Positions 37,156 through 49,992 of a stretch of 64,000 bases of DNA are shown in pieces. The notes below the pieces were generated by a model. It had not been told where the DNA came from. It did no database searches and saw only the letters and a program-made list of their open reading frames with translations. Every line of letters begins with the position of its first letter. The stretch's first letter is position 1. Made by a program: the position numbers and the translations under genes. The stretch is from Squalus acanthias (lineage: Eukaryota). Where the stretch lies: the NCBI GenBank assembly GCA_030390025.1, contig CM059432.1, positions 84,384,001-84,448,000 of the forward strand, written 5' to 3'.

Positions 37156-39898
37156 TCCTGGTGGAGGAGGTCCAGAGGAGGAGGGATCTCCTGTACCCAT
37201 GGGTGGGGGTAGGGGAAAACGCCACAGAGGCAGCTAATGTGGTGGATGTGGGAGGAGATCGCCCAGGAGGTAACAGCCAGCAGCCCTGCCCCCATAACAT
37301 GGCTCCAGTGCCGCAAAAATTTAACAACTTGACACGCGTGGAAAAGGTAAGAGCCCATTTTACAAACACACTGCTCAATAACTGCACAACCACCACCAGC
37401 ATCACAACCTCATCACACTGCATCCACCATCTAACTATACACTGGCATTCAAAGAACCCACGCTATTACATCCTTCACAGGCACTACTCACACCTCAGAC
37501 ACAACTCGCAATTCTTCAACCATTTGTGTCATCACACTCATTCACAAACACCACTCCTCAGGACAAGATAGCACATAACAGTTGCCAGCAGGACCTGACC
37601 GGGGGAGGAGAAGCACAGCTCCATGAGATCACTCCCCTTGAGGAGGCAGTGTTGGCTGTGATCGGGAGGGGCGTGGCAGACGCCATGACCACAGGCAGAG
37701 CAGGGGCAATATCGCCCAGAGGTATGTGGCCACTCCAGCTTTATTACAGATGCACAACTATTCCTGATCCCCAATCCCCAAACCTATCCTCACTCCCAAG
37801 CTTCATATGGTCTCCTCACATGCATCCTCCTATAATGGCCACACGTGCAGCTTAACCCTTCCGGCTTTATTATTGCAGGCTCCCAGGAGCAAGATCCGCC
37901 TCACCCCCTTGGAAGAACTGGAAGAGGAGTAAGGGCTACCTCGCCGGCCCCCCACCCCCTCCCCCCAGAGGAAGAGGAGGAGAGCGAGGAAGATGGCACT
38001 GCATCAATTGCTACCACTGTCGCAGGCACTAGCTCGGAGACTGGCAACACGTATAACATAGAGGTTAGGGTAGAAGAGGGATCCTCACAGTGAGAAGCAC
38101 TGGGCACTAGTGGGCAGCAGCGACGCCAGGTGGAAGGGACTCCACAGGTTCCGAGGGGCAAGGTTGCATACTGGTTCTGCTGATGAGGATCTCGTGGGGC
38201 CAAGCTTCAGAAGAAGGCTGATGGGTTTGGCAAACCAAACGCTTTGTGCAATGGACAGCCTGCCTGAAAACTTACAGGTCTTGGCTGGGGGATGGAGGAG
38301 TCTGCCTCCTGCTTGGCCCGTGGCTTGACATAGAGCCATTGTGGAGAGGCTGGCCAATTCCATCCAGTAACCTGTGAGCCCAACATCATGCAGCGCCTGA
38401 TGACTGAGGTTGCAACTTCCACTGCAGTCATAGCAGCTTCCATGGAATGCCAACAGCTTGCATGGAATGACAAAGTGCTGCAATAAAAGCCCAGACAGCT
38501 TCCATTGCACTACTTGCATCTTCCATGGAACGGCAAACTGCTGCAATGGAAGCTCAGGCAGCTCCCACAGTGGCTCTAAGCTCCTTGGTTGAAAGGGGCG
38601 TGCAGATTGTCTCCGATGCCCAGAGATCTGTCCTCCAGCAGATCACTGGGCTGGCTGAACAGAGGCCCCAAGATAGTGGAGTGGGAACCATGCAGCAGGA
38701 ACCTATTGGCCTCTGACTGCTGAAGCCTGCGCTGAGATGGTGCAGTCTGAGGTGGGGCCATGGCGGCCCACAGCCTCTCAAGGGTGTCCCAGGAGGACAT
38801 CTGAACTTCCCTCTTCAGAATCAAAGCAGCCTCCACCTCGCCTGCTGCTGCTCAGATGGCACTTCATAGAAGCACCAGAGTAGGCAAGAGCACTTATAGA
38901 TAGCCACTAAGGGGAAGCACCAGCGTGAACAGTTTAATACTTGTAAGTGCTGTTGGTTGTGTCATGTCTTCATTGTTTGTTTTTTCTGTAGATAAAGAGT
39001 GATGATGGTAATTGGGTAGTGGTGGAATTGGTGGTCTTTTTTATTGTGATCTTCATGGGGAAGGAACTGAAAGGATTAACTGCAGATGATGGACTTCCTG
39101 ATGGATCTTCAGTCATGGAAGGTAAATCATGTGGCAACAGTGCTCCAGAGTCTGATGGTGGAGCATGTCTCTCAAAAGCGCTCTTCAATTAGATGGCAGT
39201 GAGTGATCTCGCCGGTACGGGCCATCTACCTGGAAGCATCTGGTGCTCCCCATGATCCCCCTCCTCTTCCTTTTCCTTCTCTTCCTCTTGTGGCTCCCAA
39301 GCTTGACCCTCTTGACAATTACTGGTGGTAATAGCTGGTCTCTCATGATCGCCAGATTGTGGAGCATGCAGCAAATCACCACGAATCTGGAGACCTTCTC
39401 AGCCAAGTACTGCAGGGTACCTCCTGACCGGTCAAGGCATCGAAACCTCTGCTTGAGGACCCCAATGGCCTACTCAATAATATTCCTGGTGGCTGAGTGG
39501 CTCTCATTGTATGAGTGCTCTGCTGGTGTCTGGGGCTTTCTCAGGGGAGTCATGAGCCATGGCATCAGAGGGTATCCCTTGTCACCTAGTAGCCAGCCAT
39601 GCACATTGCGTTGGGGCTCAGAGATCTGTGGGATGGATGACTGTCTCATTATAAAAGCATCGTGGCAGCTCCCTGGATAGCAGGCATTCACCTGCATGAT
39701 ATGCTGTCAGTGGTTGCATACGAGCTGCACATTGAGGGAATGGAAAGCTACTGTGATCTTGACTGCTACAGGCAATGCAGTCCTGACTGTGCTGCGAGGT
39801 CTGAGTCTTCCTTCCATGAGGCTACAGAGCTCTGTGACAACCTCCTTGGTAAAGCGCAGCCTCCTCATGCACTGGTCTTGGGTCATGTGGGTTAGTGC

Positions 39899-41577
39899 TG
39901 TAGGACGTGTGGAATTACCCCTTGCCCCGTCCAACAGGTTATAAAGTTCGGACTTGAGACTTATGAGACACCAGACACATGGGTTCTGCCTTTAACCTTT
40001 TATTGTTCCAAGACAGATTCAAAACCCCAACCACTATTCGAGCAGTACACCAATAATGTTACAAGAAATCATACAGCGTTGATTTAGGCCACTTCCTTTC
40101 GACTGCAGCTCTTCGCCTTCCGACTGCAGTTCTTCGAGTTGAGATGATCAGCCAGGCCCCTCCTTCTGACTGCAGTCACTGGTTTTTATACAGTTTTCCT
40201 TGCCTTTTTCAGTAAATCAATCATTCAGCGATTGTGAGATGTTCCTTTAATGTTCGACCTGAGTTGTTTGAGCTGTCAAACTTTCACACTCACACATCCT
40301 GTGTGGCTATCCATTAGTTGCCTTTATCAAAGCCCAAATTTGTTCATTTACTCAATGGCCCAGAAATTGATCTCGCTCTGTTCCCGCGGGGGTAAGCCTT
40401 TCCCGCGATGTCTCACCTCGCTTATGCTTTTTCTGATCCAGCTCGCACGAAATTGATGTTCCAGACATCAGCTGTGCTGGGCTTGCGTATCCCAGCGGCG
40501 TAGTTAATTCGTGCGAGCTGTGGGATCACGTGACTCAGTTAGAGCCAATGGCAGCACACCATCTTCCATTCATAAGTCTCACAGCATGGCTGAGAGACTT
40601 ATGAATCTTACACCCCCCCAAAATAACAGCTAAACCTCAATTAAATTTAAAAAAAAACCCATCACATTAATAAAATAAGTATAGTTAATTAAATTAACCA
40701 TTTTAAATAAAAAATTAAATTTTTGAAAAAATTTAAAATCTTTTAAAAAGTTATAAAAATAAACTTACCTGTCTTTAAAGTCTATAAAAAAGATATACCT
40801 GTAAAAAAAAATTCAAAAAAATACTTAATTCACTACTTACCTTCTTAAAAGCGGGTCTTACTCCTCCTTTTTACATTTCCAAAATCTTCAGTACTTACCT
40901 GCGCGTCCAAAGCATGAAGTGCACAGCGTGCGCGCAGCCTGTAGCGCGCACGCGATGCACTCCGGCCCCGCCCCCTTTTCGGAAGAGCAATTGCCGGTTT
41001 TCAGCGCATGCGCAGGGCATGCAGAAAACCGGCAATTGGAGTGGGAATACGCGAGAGTATGCAGTGCGTACTCTCGCGTCCCGGGATCAATTTTCGGCCC
41101 ATAAAAGTTTACAAAACTGGCAGCAAACCACTTGGTCACATTTCACGTGTTACATCGCATCCTGTATTTCAGAACTTCAAATGTTTGACTCCTCCCCTTA
41201 ACCACCAAAAGTCATTCTACAACCTTGTAGCCTGTGTAGTTGTCGACACGAAGTCTGCAAATCTAAGGGGGTTTGTTTATCTCTGTTGTCTATGACTACC
41301 CCCTGCAGTCACAACCATTTATTCTGTCAGTATCTGCTTATCCGAAACACAGCTCTTGAAATATCTCCATCACAAAGCAGCTTCCAAATCCAACAGTTTC
41401 TTGTGAAAGCTCACCAAATCTTTGCTGCCTTTATCAAAGCACATTCCATGTCCACTTATCAGTGAAAGACAATCTGTTACATTCACAAACTTTATTTCAC
41501 CTCGAAAAACATTTTGGCCTGGCAAAGCATTTCAATATATACCAACATTAAAAATGAAGGGTCTGTATATACCTACA
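39899..41577 (-). mobile_element. Solo LTR in the copy B transposase (~930 bp without the nested MITE)
   Basis: TGTAGG...CCTACA termini, TSD GTGC/GTGC, minus-strand AATAAA near 40000. Confidence 0.85.
40357..41100. mobile_element. Harbinger MITE, reverse-complement sister of 4992-5735
   Basis: GGCCCAGAAATTGATC / GATCAATTTTCGGCCC; colinear similarity throughout. Confidence 0.9.
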
Positions 41578-41800
41578 GTGCTCTCTGAAAACCCTGGGTG
41601 GATAGGGCCTCCTGCTGAGAGCCCTCCTCGCCCCCCTGTCCCCCTCTCCTGCAACAGATGGTGCTGCTCTGCTTGGCCTCATCCCCTCCTTCCAGACCAA
41701 GGGAAATCCCTAGCAAGATCCCATGACCAACCACTCCTTTTCTCCTGGTGACTCCTATAAGGTACGGTAGCACTGTGCTTATTCTTTTTAGGTAAAGTCC

Positions 41801-42331
41801 TTGTGTGAGGTCATTGAATTTCTTGCATCCAGGCCCTCAGGGTTTGACTCCTGGCATTGACCATCATGGCTATCTGGTCCCACTGCCATCTGAGCGTTTG
41901 TCTGGAGGGCCTCCTGGACCTCTGTGGATAAAGCACTTCTCTCCTCCTTTCCACCTCCTCCACCAAGGCCTCCAGTGTAGTGCCGCGAATGTTGGAGCAC
42001 GCTCTCTCCCATGTTGTACCATTATTCAGTCTTTTTTCACCTCAGAGTGACTTGTACAAGGACATCCACCACCTGCTCCAGCCACAGTGCACTTCCCCTT
42101 TAAGAGGTGCAAGCTGGCTTTAGGTAGCGCAGGCTAACTTTAACTTGTGCTAGCCTCTCCTGATTTTGGGCCCCCTGCTGAGGCGTGCAGTCATTCAACA
42201 GCACGGTTAGGGCTGGCTGCATGCTACAATCATGGTAATGAACAAGCAGCACGAAGTTGGCATGCTGCCTGCATCACATTGAACGGGCGCGAGCCCTGTG
42301 CCCATTTTCGGGGGCTATCCAATTTAGCCCC
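41801..42331 (-). mobile_element. Myb-side end of another Harbinger (degenerate exon 1 + TIR)
   Basis: Minus strand MVQHGRERAPTF...KKFNDLTQ; end AATTTAGCCCC. Confidence 0.7.
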
Positions 42332-42334
42332 CCC

Positions 42335-42525
42335 TGTCTCCACTTCCCTCTCCTCCTTAAAACCCAGTCTTTTACCAGCCTTTTTGCCTCCCCTCCTAAT
42401 ATCTCCTTCTTCAGCTTAGCTTCGATTTCTTTGCACCTCTGTGACGTGCCTTGGGATGTTTTTTGATGTGCCTTGGGATGTTTTTGTATGTTAAATTCAA
42501 ATTGTTTTAAGTTAAGTTGTTATTG
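42335..42525 (+). mobile_element. L2-type 3' tail fragment
   Basis: CTCCTCCTTAAAACCC...CTCTGTGACGTGCCTTGGGATGTTTT with a local duplication. Confidence 0.55.
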
Positions 42526-42775
42526 TAAAGTTCATCACTACTGTGCATTTGCTCACTAATGCATCAAGATAGGGGGATTTTAATTTTTAATTGCTAATGT
42601 TTATGTGTCATTGCAATACATCTAAAATGCCTGGAGTGCTTGGATGTTTTGTGTGGTGGAGCATCAACATACTGCACCACAGTGGTGGATTGTGTTCAAG
42701 CCGCACATCCTCTCATTCTGATACTGATCACAGCCTTGCAGCTAGAAGGGATGCCAAGAGACGAAGAGAAACAAT

Positions 42776-43602
42776 GGTCGCGAATTTATCAATCAATGCG
42801 GCTTGGGAGTGGGTCAGCTGGTTTCCGGGTTCCAGTCCCGCCCCCAACTTCATCCGGCCCACGGACGTGATTTTACGTCAATTGGCCGCCCTGCGGGCTT
42901 GCCGGCCAATTAAGAAGAAGCCGGTCAGATGACGTCATTTGGTGATGCGTCATCTGCCGGTTTTCTAGAGGGACCATGCACATTTTTTCTTTGACAGCTC
43001 ATTGAGGTGCTGCAAACACTGACAATGACTGTTCACCGGTGAGTTCTTGCACCCAGGCACTCCAGTGACTCCCTCCTTAGGCTAGAACAGATGGCAGCTG
43101 CAGGTGAGGTTACAGAAGCGATCTGTCACTGGTGAGAGAGGTTCTCCTAATGAGGTGGGACTAGACAGCCAATTCAAAACTTGTTACCTACATTAAAAAT
43201 GAATTTCCCAAGTTTTCCTTACCTCTGAAACTCACCAGTGCACCATTGGATCTTTCACACCACTTTTGCAGCTGTCAGCAATGCAGAAACATTACAGCAG
43301 ACTCACAACATGCCACACTTACTTGGCGTGGTGTCCGGATGTCGGGAAACACGAAGTAGAAGTGTCAAAATTGCAAAAGAGCCTATTAACTGCCTGTTAA
43401 CAACCTTTAACAGGCAGTTAAGTGGCTATAATCCTCTTCCTGCCGCTAGGTGTTGGGTCCATGCGCAAATCGGGGGCCCGACACTTGGGAAGATTGATTT
43501 GGTGGTGGGTTGACAGTGGGTTTCCTGCCCGCTGTCAATCTTTGCGATTTTGCCGGATGTCCCGCCTCCAAACCCGCCCCGAGCACCGGCAAAATTCCGG
43601 CC
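42776..43602. mobile_element. Harbinger-type MITE
   Basis: GGTCGCGAATTT / AAAATTCCGGCC, TSD AAT/AAT; subterminal similarity to 56461-59442. Confidence 0.7.
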
Positions 43603-43605
43603 AAT

Positions 43606-44346
43606 GGCCCTGAAATTGCGGTGTCTTCGACAGCATACTCTCAGAGTACACCATCGTATTCCCTTTGAAAAGCCCCGTAAATTCCGGATTTCAGCATGCG
43701 CTTGCGCATGTGTGAAAGCGGAACTTGCAATCTGTCAAGGTATGTCTTGACAGGTCATCCGAACTGACTGAAAAATGAGTATTGCTGCCGCAGAGTTGGG
43801 CTATTTGCAACTCTTATGGCTGGTAAAAGCAGGTGTAGGGCCTGATTTCATCAGCGTAAGGGTACATATAAGGCTTAAATAAAACATTTAAAAATCCAAA
43901 ACTATGCACATAGACTTTAAATGAGTTTATGCAAATATTGGCCTGGATTAAGAAGTTTACAATTATTTACAAAAAATTACATTTTTTTTGAGGTTGGTAC
44001 AATGAAGGGACTTATGAATAAAATTGCAATTCAGTACATTTATAATCATTAGACTTCTGTACATTGTATAATTATTTGGGGATTCCATTGCATATCATTA
44101 GGGGATTCCCTTCGCAAATGATTGCAATGGAATTCTCCTTTGTCAATGGAGGACTGGGCCCACGTAATCCCAGGGATGCTTCTGAACCGTCTGCGTCCCT
44201 GGGATCCGTGGGCTTTTATGCTGCCGTATGCCTGGAGGCCTGAGACCGCAACCCTTTGCAGCCTGATGCCTGGAGGTAAATTCGTAAAAGTTTCGTGGAT
44301 CTGAGGCGTACTCTGGAGGTACACCTCCGACCGCAATTTCTAGGCC
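43606..44346. mobile_element. Harbinger MITE related to 13527-14273
   Basis: GGCCCTGAAATTGCGGT / ACCGCAATTTCTAGGCC, flanks AAT/ATT. Confidence 0.85.
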
Positions 44347-46681
44347 ATTAAAGTAGTCACTCTGGGCTGTATTTAAGCACCTTCCATGGACTAGTTGCAC
44401 AATAACATTGGCAAATCCATAGTTGCAGGTCTCCAATATGTCCTTTTAACTATGATTGATGAGTGTCATGGGAAGAGCAACCAAAAGGACAAGAGTAAAA
44501 CAAACATAGAACACCCTGGAATTTGATGTAAAAAAATAAGAGCATGGCGTGGATTTGGGGCACATGTGATGCTATTCGTTAAAATAGCACAACTATCAAT
44601 GTAATCATACAGCTAAATGTAGGTCTCCATTAACATAGGTATTCCATTGCCATTAAGAACATGGATCTAGTTGCTGCTTGAAGAATTTCTTTCTGAACTT
44701 GGAAACTTCAATTTAAACAGTTTTTTTGGAGCAGTAATCTGACAACAACTGTATAAGTAGGGGCCATCTATATTTGGTTCATGTTTTCCAAGTGTATTTC
44801 TGCCCAGTGAAAGTAGAAGGGATATGCCTAAAAAAACTAACATAATCATAGAAACTTTAAAACTGGTTTGTGTTTTTTTTACATTTAATCCATATTAATT
44901 AAATTGTTATATAATACTAAAGCAACATTATGTGAAATATGTAATATCAAGAATACTTGCAAATCAGACATCAAGGGGGTAACAAGGCATTATTTGAATT
45001 ATAATGTTTGATGATCATTACCCTTATCAAAGAAAATCCTTTGGAATAAACATCCTTTTACAAAATACATTTTAATTAAAAAATTCTTAACATTGTTGAA
45101 TATGTTCTTTATAATAGAGGATGGTTTTATTTTGATTGACTGGTTTCAGAAACTAATGCTTATTGGCATTGTAATTCGAATACAAGCAATCCATTCTGCT
45201 CCGTGCATAGTTTTCCTGATAATAAGCACTATTCATATTACTTAAGTGGCATGAACACACAAAAATAAAGTAATTAAAAAAATAAAGTAGTTTAGTGTTT
45301 TTGTTGATATTTGCTTTAAGTTTTCCATATAAGTGTTCGTGAAAAAAGTTTTGCTTAGCTGACTTTTTTTCATTTAATTTTCTTTTACAGAAAACCATCA
45401 AAAATGATACGAGCTTGTTCTTCTAGAAACATCCTGTATTATTGCAAATAGAGATTAACAATTAGTTCGAAGTTCAATAAATCGTGATACCTACCTCAAA
45501 TCTTCTGCTTTATCAGGCTACTACAATGAACAGAATCCCTTATAATTAAAGGAAGCAATATTTTTGCAGCTTCAGCTCAATGAGGTAACTGACCTTGATC
45601 TAATTCAGATGCAGCTTTCTTAGTAAAAACTTAGTCAATGGATATGGAAAATTGTTTTCTTGGATAGAGTCTTTCATTATTCTCAATAAAAACACATTTA
45701 TATATCAACACATATTTAGATACAGCTGAGTTTTGAATTCTAGCCGCAATAAATTTCAAGGAAGACATACCCACTAATAAATATTTAAGAGTCATTTAGT
45801 GCCTTCGTTTTTAAGACCATGGCCCGTATTTTCCGATCGCAGGCCTCTCGCGGGCTGAGGCCTGCGATCTGGAAAAATCTACGCCCTTACCTGAGGGCTC
45901 CCGGGATGCACACGCTTCTGCTCCTGGGCCTCTCCAAACTTGAAGTGCGCAGGGCCCACGTATCCCAGGGGCGCATGTAGTTCGCAGCGTCCCTGGGATC
46001 ACGTGGGCCATGGGGAGCCAATCACAGAAGGGAATCTCCCTTCATACATTTGACAGGAAGACCTGTCAAATATATGAATGGAGATCACCCCAAAAACATA
46101 GTCAAACTTTTTAAATAATTTTTTTTTAAATCACATTTTTAAAATGACTTGAAATTACAATAAATTAAGGGGTAAAAATTCAGTTGGTTGCGCCTCCCGT
46201 TAGCGCCTTAAATGGGCGCTAATGGGGCGTTAAGGCGCTAACGCCCGGGCGCAGCGCTGTTTGCGCCGCTCGAGAACTTAACTTGAGATTGTGCGGCGGC
46301 GCTAAAACTTACCGCTGCGACCACCTGCGCGCGCAGATTGTGACGTCAGTCCGTGGTGCAACGCCCTTGGGGCGCCCCGGAGCGGAAATTGAGTGGCGCC
46401 CCCTGCCTTACCGCCTGGCGCTTCCAACGACCGGAAGACTGGAACGTTATCAATCGGTCTGGGGCTGGGGGGGGGCGCTATTTAAAGGGGGCCTCTTCCT
46501 GTCTTTTTCTGTGGTCGACATTTATGCACCACTCGTTCTGAGAGAGAGAGAGAGATTCGGAGAGAGAGAGAGAGAGACTTCTACATTGACTCAACGCTTT
46601 GTGAGGTAGTTTTGCCTAGTTCATCCTAACTTTGCTGCTACTTTCGTTGCTGTACCTCATTACTTTTCTGGCAAAGAGAAG

Positions 46682-47842
46682 ATGGGGGCTGCAATGATTG
46701 GGGGCGTCGTCCTGCTCCAGCTCAATCGGAGCAGAGTGAGACGCAGACAGAGAGTGGCAATGATGGCCAGACGGAGGAGGCCCATCAGGCGCATGTACAG
46801 GAGAGCTTACCCTCCCAGGGTATATCGTGAACAGCTCTCCTACATCCACATGTCCGAGGAGCTGTGTTTGCGAAGGCTGCGATTCAGCAAGGAGGTGGTC
46901 ACTGAGCTCTGCCACCTGCTGCAGCCAGATCTGCAGCCTCAGCTGAGGTCCAGGACGTCTCTGTCGGTGGCAGTGAAGGTCACAGTGGCCTTGAACTTCT
47001 ACGCCACTGGCTCATTCCAAGCTGCTGTTGGGGACCTCGCCAATATCTCCCAGTTTGCGGTGCATCGCTGCATCCGGCAGGTCACCAATGCCCTCTTCAC
47101 AAGGAGACGAGACTTCATCTCCTTCCCTATGACCCCAGACAAGCAGCATGACCGTGCTATGGGCTTTGCGAGGGTAGCGGGCTTCCCCATGGTGCAGGGC
47201 GCCATTGACTGCACGCATGTGGCTTTGCGTGCTCCGCGAGAGAATGCAGAGGAGTTCCGGAACAGAAAGGGGTTCCATTCCTTGAATGTGCAGTTGGTCT
47301 GTGACCACAGACAGGTGATTCTCGCTGTCAATGCCCACTATCCGGGCAGCTGCCACGATGCTTTCATCCTGCGCCAGAGTACTGTGGCAGAAATTTTCGA
47401 GGCACCGCATCAGCCAGTTGGTTGGCTTCTGGGGGACAAGGGGTACGCATTGAGCACCTGGCTGATGACACCGCTCCGTGCGCCAAACACCCCTGCTGAG
47501 CTGCGGTACCAGGAAAGCCAACAAGCAACGAGGAACATTATTGAGCGCACAATCGGCGTGCTCAAACAACGATTCCGCTGTCTGGACCATTCCGGAGGAG
47601 CCCTGCAGTACTCGCCTGAGCAAGTTTCCAAATTCGTAGTGGTGTGCTGCATGTTGCACAACATGGCAATCCTCAGGACGCAGCCAATGCCACCAGGCCT
47701 TGCAGCACCACAAGAGGAGGAGGAGGAAGAGGAGGAACAGGCCGAGGACGATGATCAGCAGCAGCACCAAGGCAGGAGGGCGGCCCACAATGGTCAAACT
47801 GCAAGGGCCGTCCGTCAACGACTAATAGCAAGCCGCTTCTAG
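46682..47842 (+). CDS. Harbinger DDE transposase (HARBI1-like family), 386 aa, intronless
   Basis: GAIDCTH, NRKGFHSLNVQ, GSCHD, GDKGY, IERTIGVLKQRFRCL, CCMLHN, acidic tail. Confidence 0.95.
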   Translation: MGAAMIGGVVLLQLNRSRVRRRQRVAMMARRRRPIRRMYRRAYPPRVYREQLSYIHMSEELCLRRLRFSKEVVTELCHLLQPDLQPQLRSRTSLSVAVKVTVALNFYATGSFQAAVGDLANISQFAVHRCIRQVTNALFTRRRDFISFPMTPDKQHDRAMGFARVAGFPMVQGAIDCTHVALRAPRENAEEFRNRKGFHSLNVQLVCDHRQVILAVNAHYPGSCHDAFILRQSTVAEIFEAPHQPVGWLLGDKGYALSTWLMTPLRAPNTPAELRYQESQQATRNIIERTIGVLKQRFRCLDHSGGALQYSPEQVSKFVVVCCMLHNMAILRTQPMPPGLAAPQEEEEEEEEQAEDDDQQQHQGRRAAHNGQTARAVRQRLIASRF

Positions 47843-48136
47843 GACCCCTGCCAGTGCTACAAACACGAATCAACCCAGCACGCAACCCCTAAGCCGGCCA
47901 AGGCACCAATAATTCCAACCACCAGCCATGTATATTTTGAATACAGAAACTTATTTATTGTACAAACTCTGTGTGTGTCAATTCCTCATGACAAACTCAT
48001 AGAAATAAACACAAAAAAACAGTCAATAACATAACTGGTTCTCACAACCTGGAGATAATGTCCAAAACACTAAACAAAAGTTGGGCCATGAACCTCGGCC
48101 TTTAATAAAAAAATGACCAGCATTTTGGCACACCTC

Positions 48137-49992
48137 CTACTTTTTGCCCTTCGAGGGTGATCTCCTTCCCTTGCGCACTTCCCCCCTTCTAACCCTACTG
48201 CTCCTCCGTAATGGGACCTCAGTGGCTGCAGCAAGGCTGGTGGAAGGCTGCTGCTTGTCAGACCCTGACACTGCAGATGCCCCTGAAGGACGGCCTCGAC
48301 CACTTCTGGGCCTGGAGGGCCCGGCTGCAGACTGCACCAACTCTGCATGGGCGGCAGCAGTCTGTCCTACAGGCGGTGGCAAGTGCAGTGGAGAAGTGAC
48401 AGTGTTGGCAGCAGGAATGCTGTCATCGTGAGAGAGGACAGCAACTCCCTGCTCGCCCGACACACTGGCACTCCCACGGGGCAGCACTTCAGCATCCGGA
48501 GCAATTTGCCTGAGAACAGATTGCTGGCCTGCTGCGGCGCGGTGACAGCCCCGGGGACATGTGCACGAACCATCGAGGATGGCAGCAGTCAGTGCTCGCG
48601 TGGCCTCAATCTGAGTCTGCATGAGAGCAGGCTCAGATGGGTTCCTGGCAGCCAGTGACTGAATTGCAGCAGTAAGCTTTAGTGTGGCATCCGCCTGTGC
48701 TACAGCGAAGTGCTCCACACTCCTTGCCAGTGCCTCAATGCATTCGGGCACCCTTCCCACTGCACCCATGAGCTCAGTGTGCATGACCACCGCCTGGCTG
48801 TTCATTTCTGCAATCAGCCGCTCCTCCTCTGCGTCCATTGCATTAGGAGTGTCTGGCATACTCTCCCTCTGGGGAGAAGGCTCCCGTTCTTCCCTCCCCC
48901 CCCCATGGCGTTGCTGCAGCCCGCTGGGTCCTGGAACTTCACCATCATCAGCCCCTTCCCCCCTGCTCCCCCGTTCTTCCCTCCCCCCCCCATGGCGTTG
49001 CTGCAGCCCGCTGGGTCCTGCAACTTCACCATCATCAGCCCCTTCCCCCCTGCTCCCCTCCGGGGAAGGCGTGTTCCCAGTGTGGCCATGGGCTTCCTCG
49101 GGAGAGGGTGGCACTGATGCTCCGGCTTCCTCTTCCTCCTCAGCTGCAGCATCACTCCCAGTGGCAGCTTCAGGGACCATCTCCTCAGCTGGTGAATCAC
49201 CATCTGAAAGCAGGGAGGTACAAGAGTGGCTTTAGCGTGAGGACAGGGTGGCAGTAAGGGAGGAATAAGTGCAGCGAGTTAGCAAGTTGGATTGAAAGTG
49301 TCAAAGGCTGGTATTGTGAGGGACAAGTGGAAGGACAGAGGACAAAAAGGTGATGACCTTACCATTGCTGTCCACAACGGGGTCGGCGTCTCCAGTGGCG
49401 ACGGGACCGATCACCCGGCTTGCCACAATCCTGTGGACGCGCTCCTCCAGATCGCTGAGGGGTTGCAGCTGAAGCCGCCCTCCACCCGTCCGTTGCTGCT
49501 GTCTCCGATTATGAGCCAGCTTAGCCTGCAAGAAAAAGGACAGCATCTGAGTCAATATACAGCCATGGTCTTGCCTGATGTGCCTCCCATAGGTGAATAG
49601 CCCTTACTGTATGCAAAGTGTGGAATGTGTGTGTGTGTTTGATGAAAGGGCCATAGGTGTTGGATGAGTGTTGTGCATTGGGGTTTTAAGACCCTCTGGC
49701 CATAGAGTGAGGTTGAGATGGAGGGATGGAGAGGTATTGAGAAAAAGCCACTCACCCTGACGACCCGAGTGAGGTCGTTGAACTTTTTGCGGCACTGGAC
49801 ATGGGTCCTGGGCACCATGCTCCTGGAGGAGACGCTCTGAGCCACCTCCCTCCACACTCTTCTGAACTCGCGTGGCAAAGGCCTCCTGCCACTCTCTGGG
49901 AACAGCATGCATCGTCTGCGCTCCACTGCGTCAACCAGAGCATCCAAGGCCCGCTCGGTGAAGCGATGAGCGCGTTCTCTCACCCTCTCCAT
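48137..49992 (-). CDS. Harbinger Myb/SANT-like DNA-binding protein, 3 exons (49992-49756, 49525-49363, 49203-48137), 488 aa
   Basis: RFTERAL..W.EVA..R...QCRKKFNDL; donors AGG/GTGAGT and ATG/GTAAGG, acceptors TTTTTCTTGCAG and CTGCTTTCAG; 237+163+1067=1467 nt, open throughout. Confidence 0.88.

Larger units (their letters stand above)
31741..41800. mobile_element. Degenerate Harbinger copy B (same family and orientation as copy A), interrupted by a CR1 and a solo LTR
   Basis: Myb gene +: AQRLREKAHRF (~32101) resumes as LVEEVQRRRDLLYP (~37156), QKFNNLTRVEK/GTAAG; transposase - 39185-39898 and 41582-41700; 38880-39650 nearly identical to 4200-4990. Confidence 0.85.

Noticed and set aside
44640..45690. 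Several minus-strand splice-like signals in AT-rich DNA
   Set aside because: No continuous reading frame; such signals are common by chance.
46539..46578. (GA)n tract upstream of the transposase
   Set aside because: Simple repeat; no function can be shown from sequence.
47012..47818. 268-aa antisense ORF over the transposase, and similar antisense ORFs over CR1, gag and Penelope
   Set aside because: Shadow frames of GC-rich coding sequence with no motifs.
46682..47842. Host HARBI1 gene
   Set aside because: Lies between TIRs with a TSD, inside a MITE, beside a Myb partner, with degenerate relatives nearby; it is a transposon gene.
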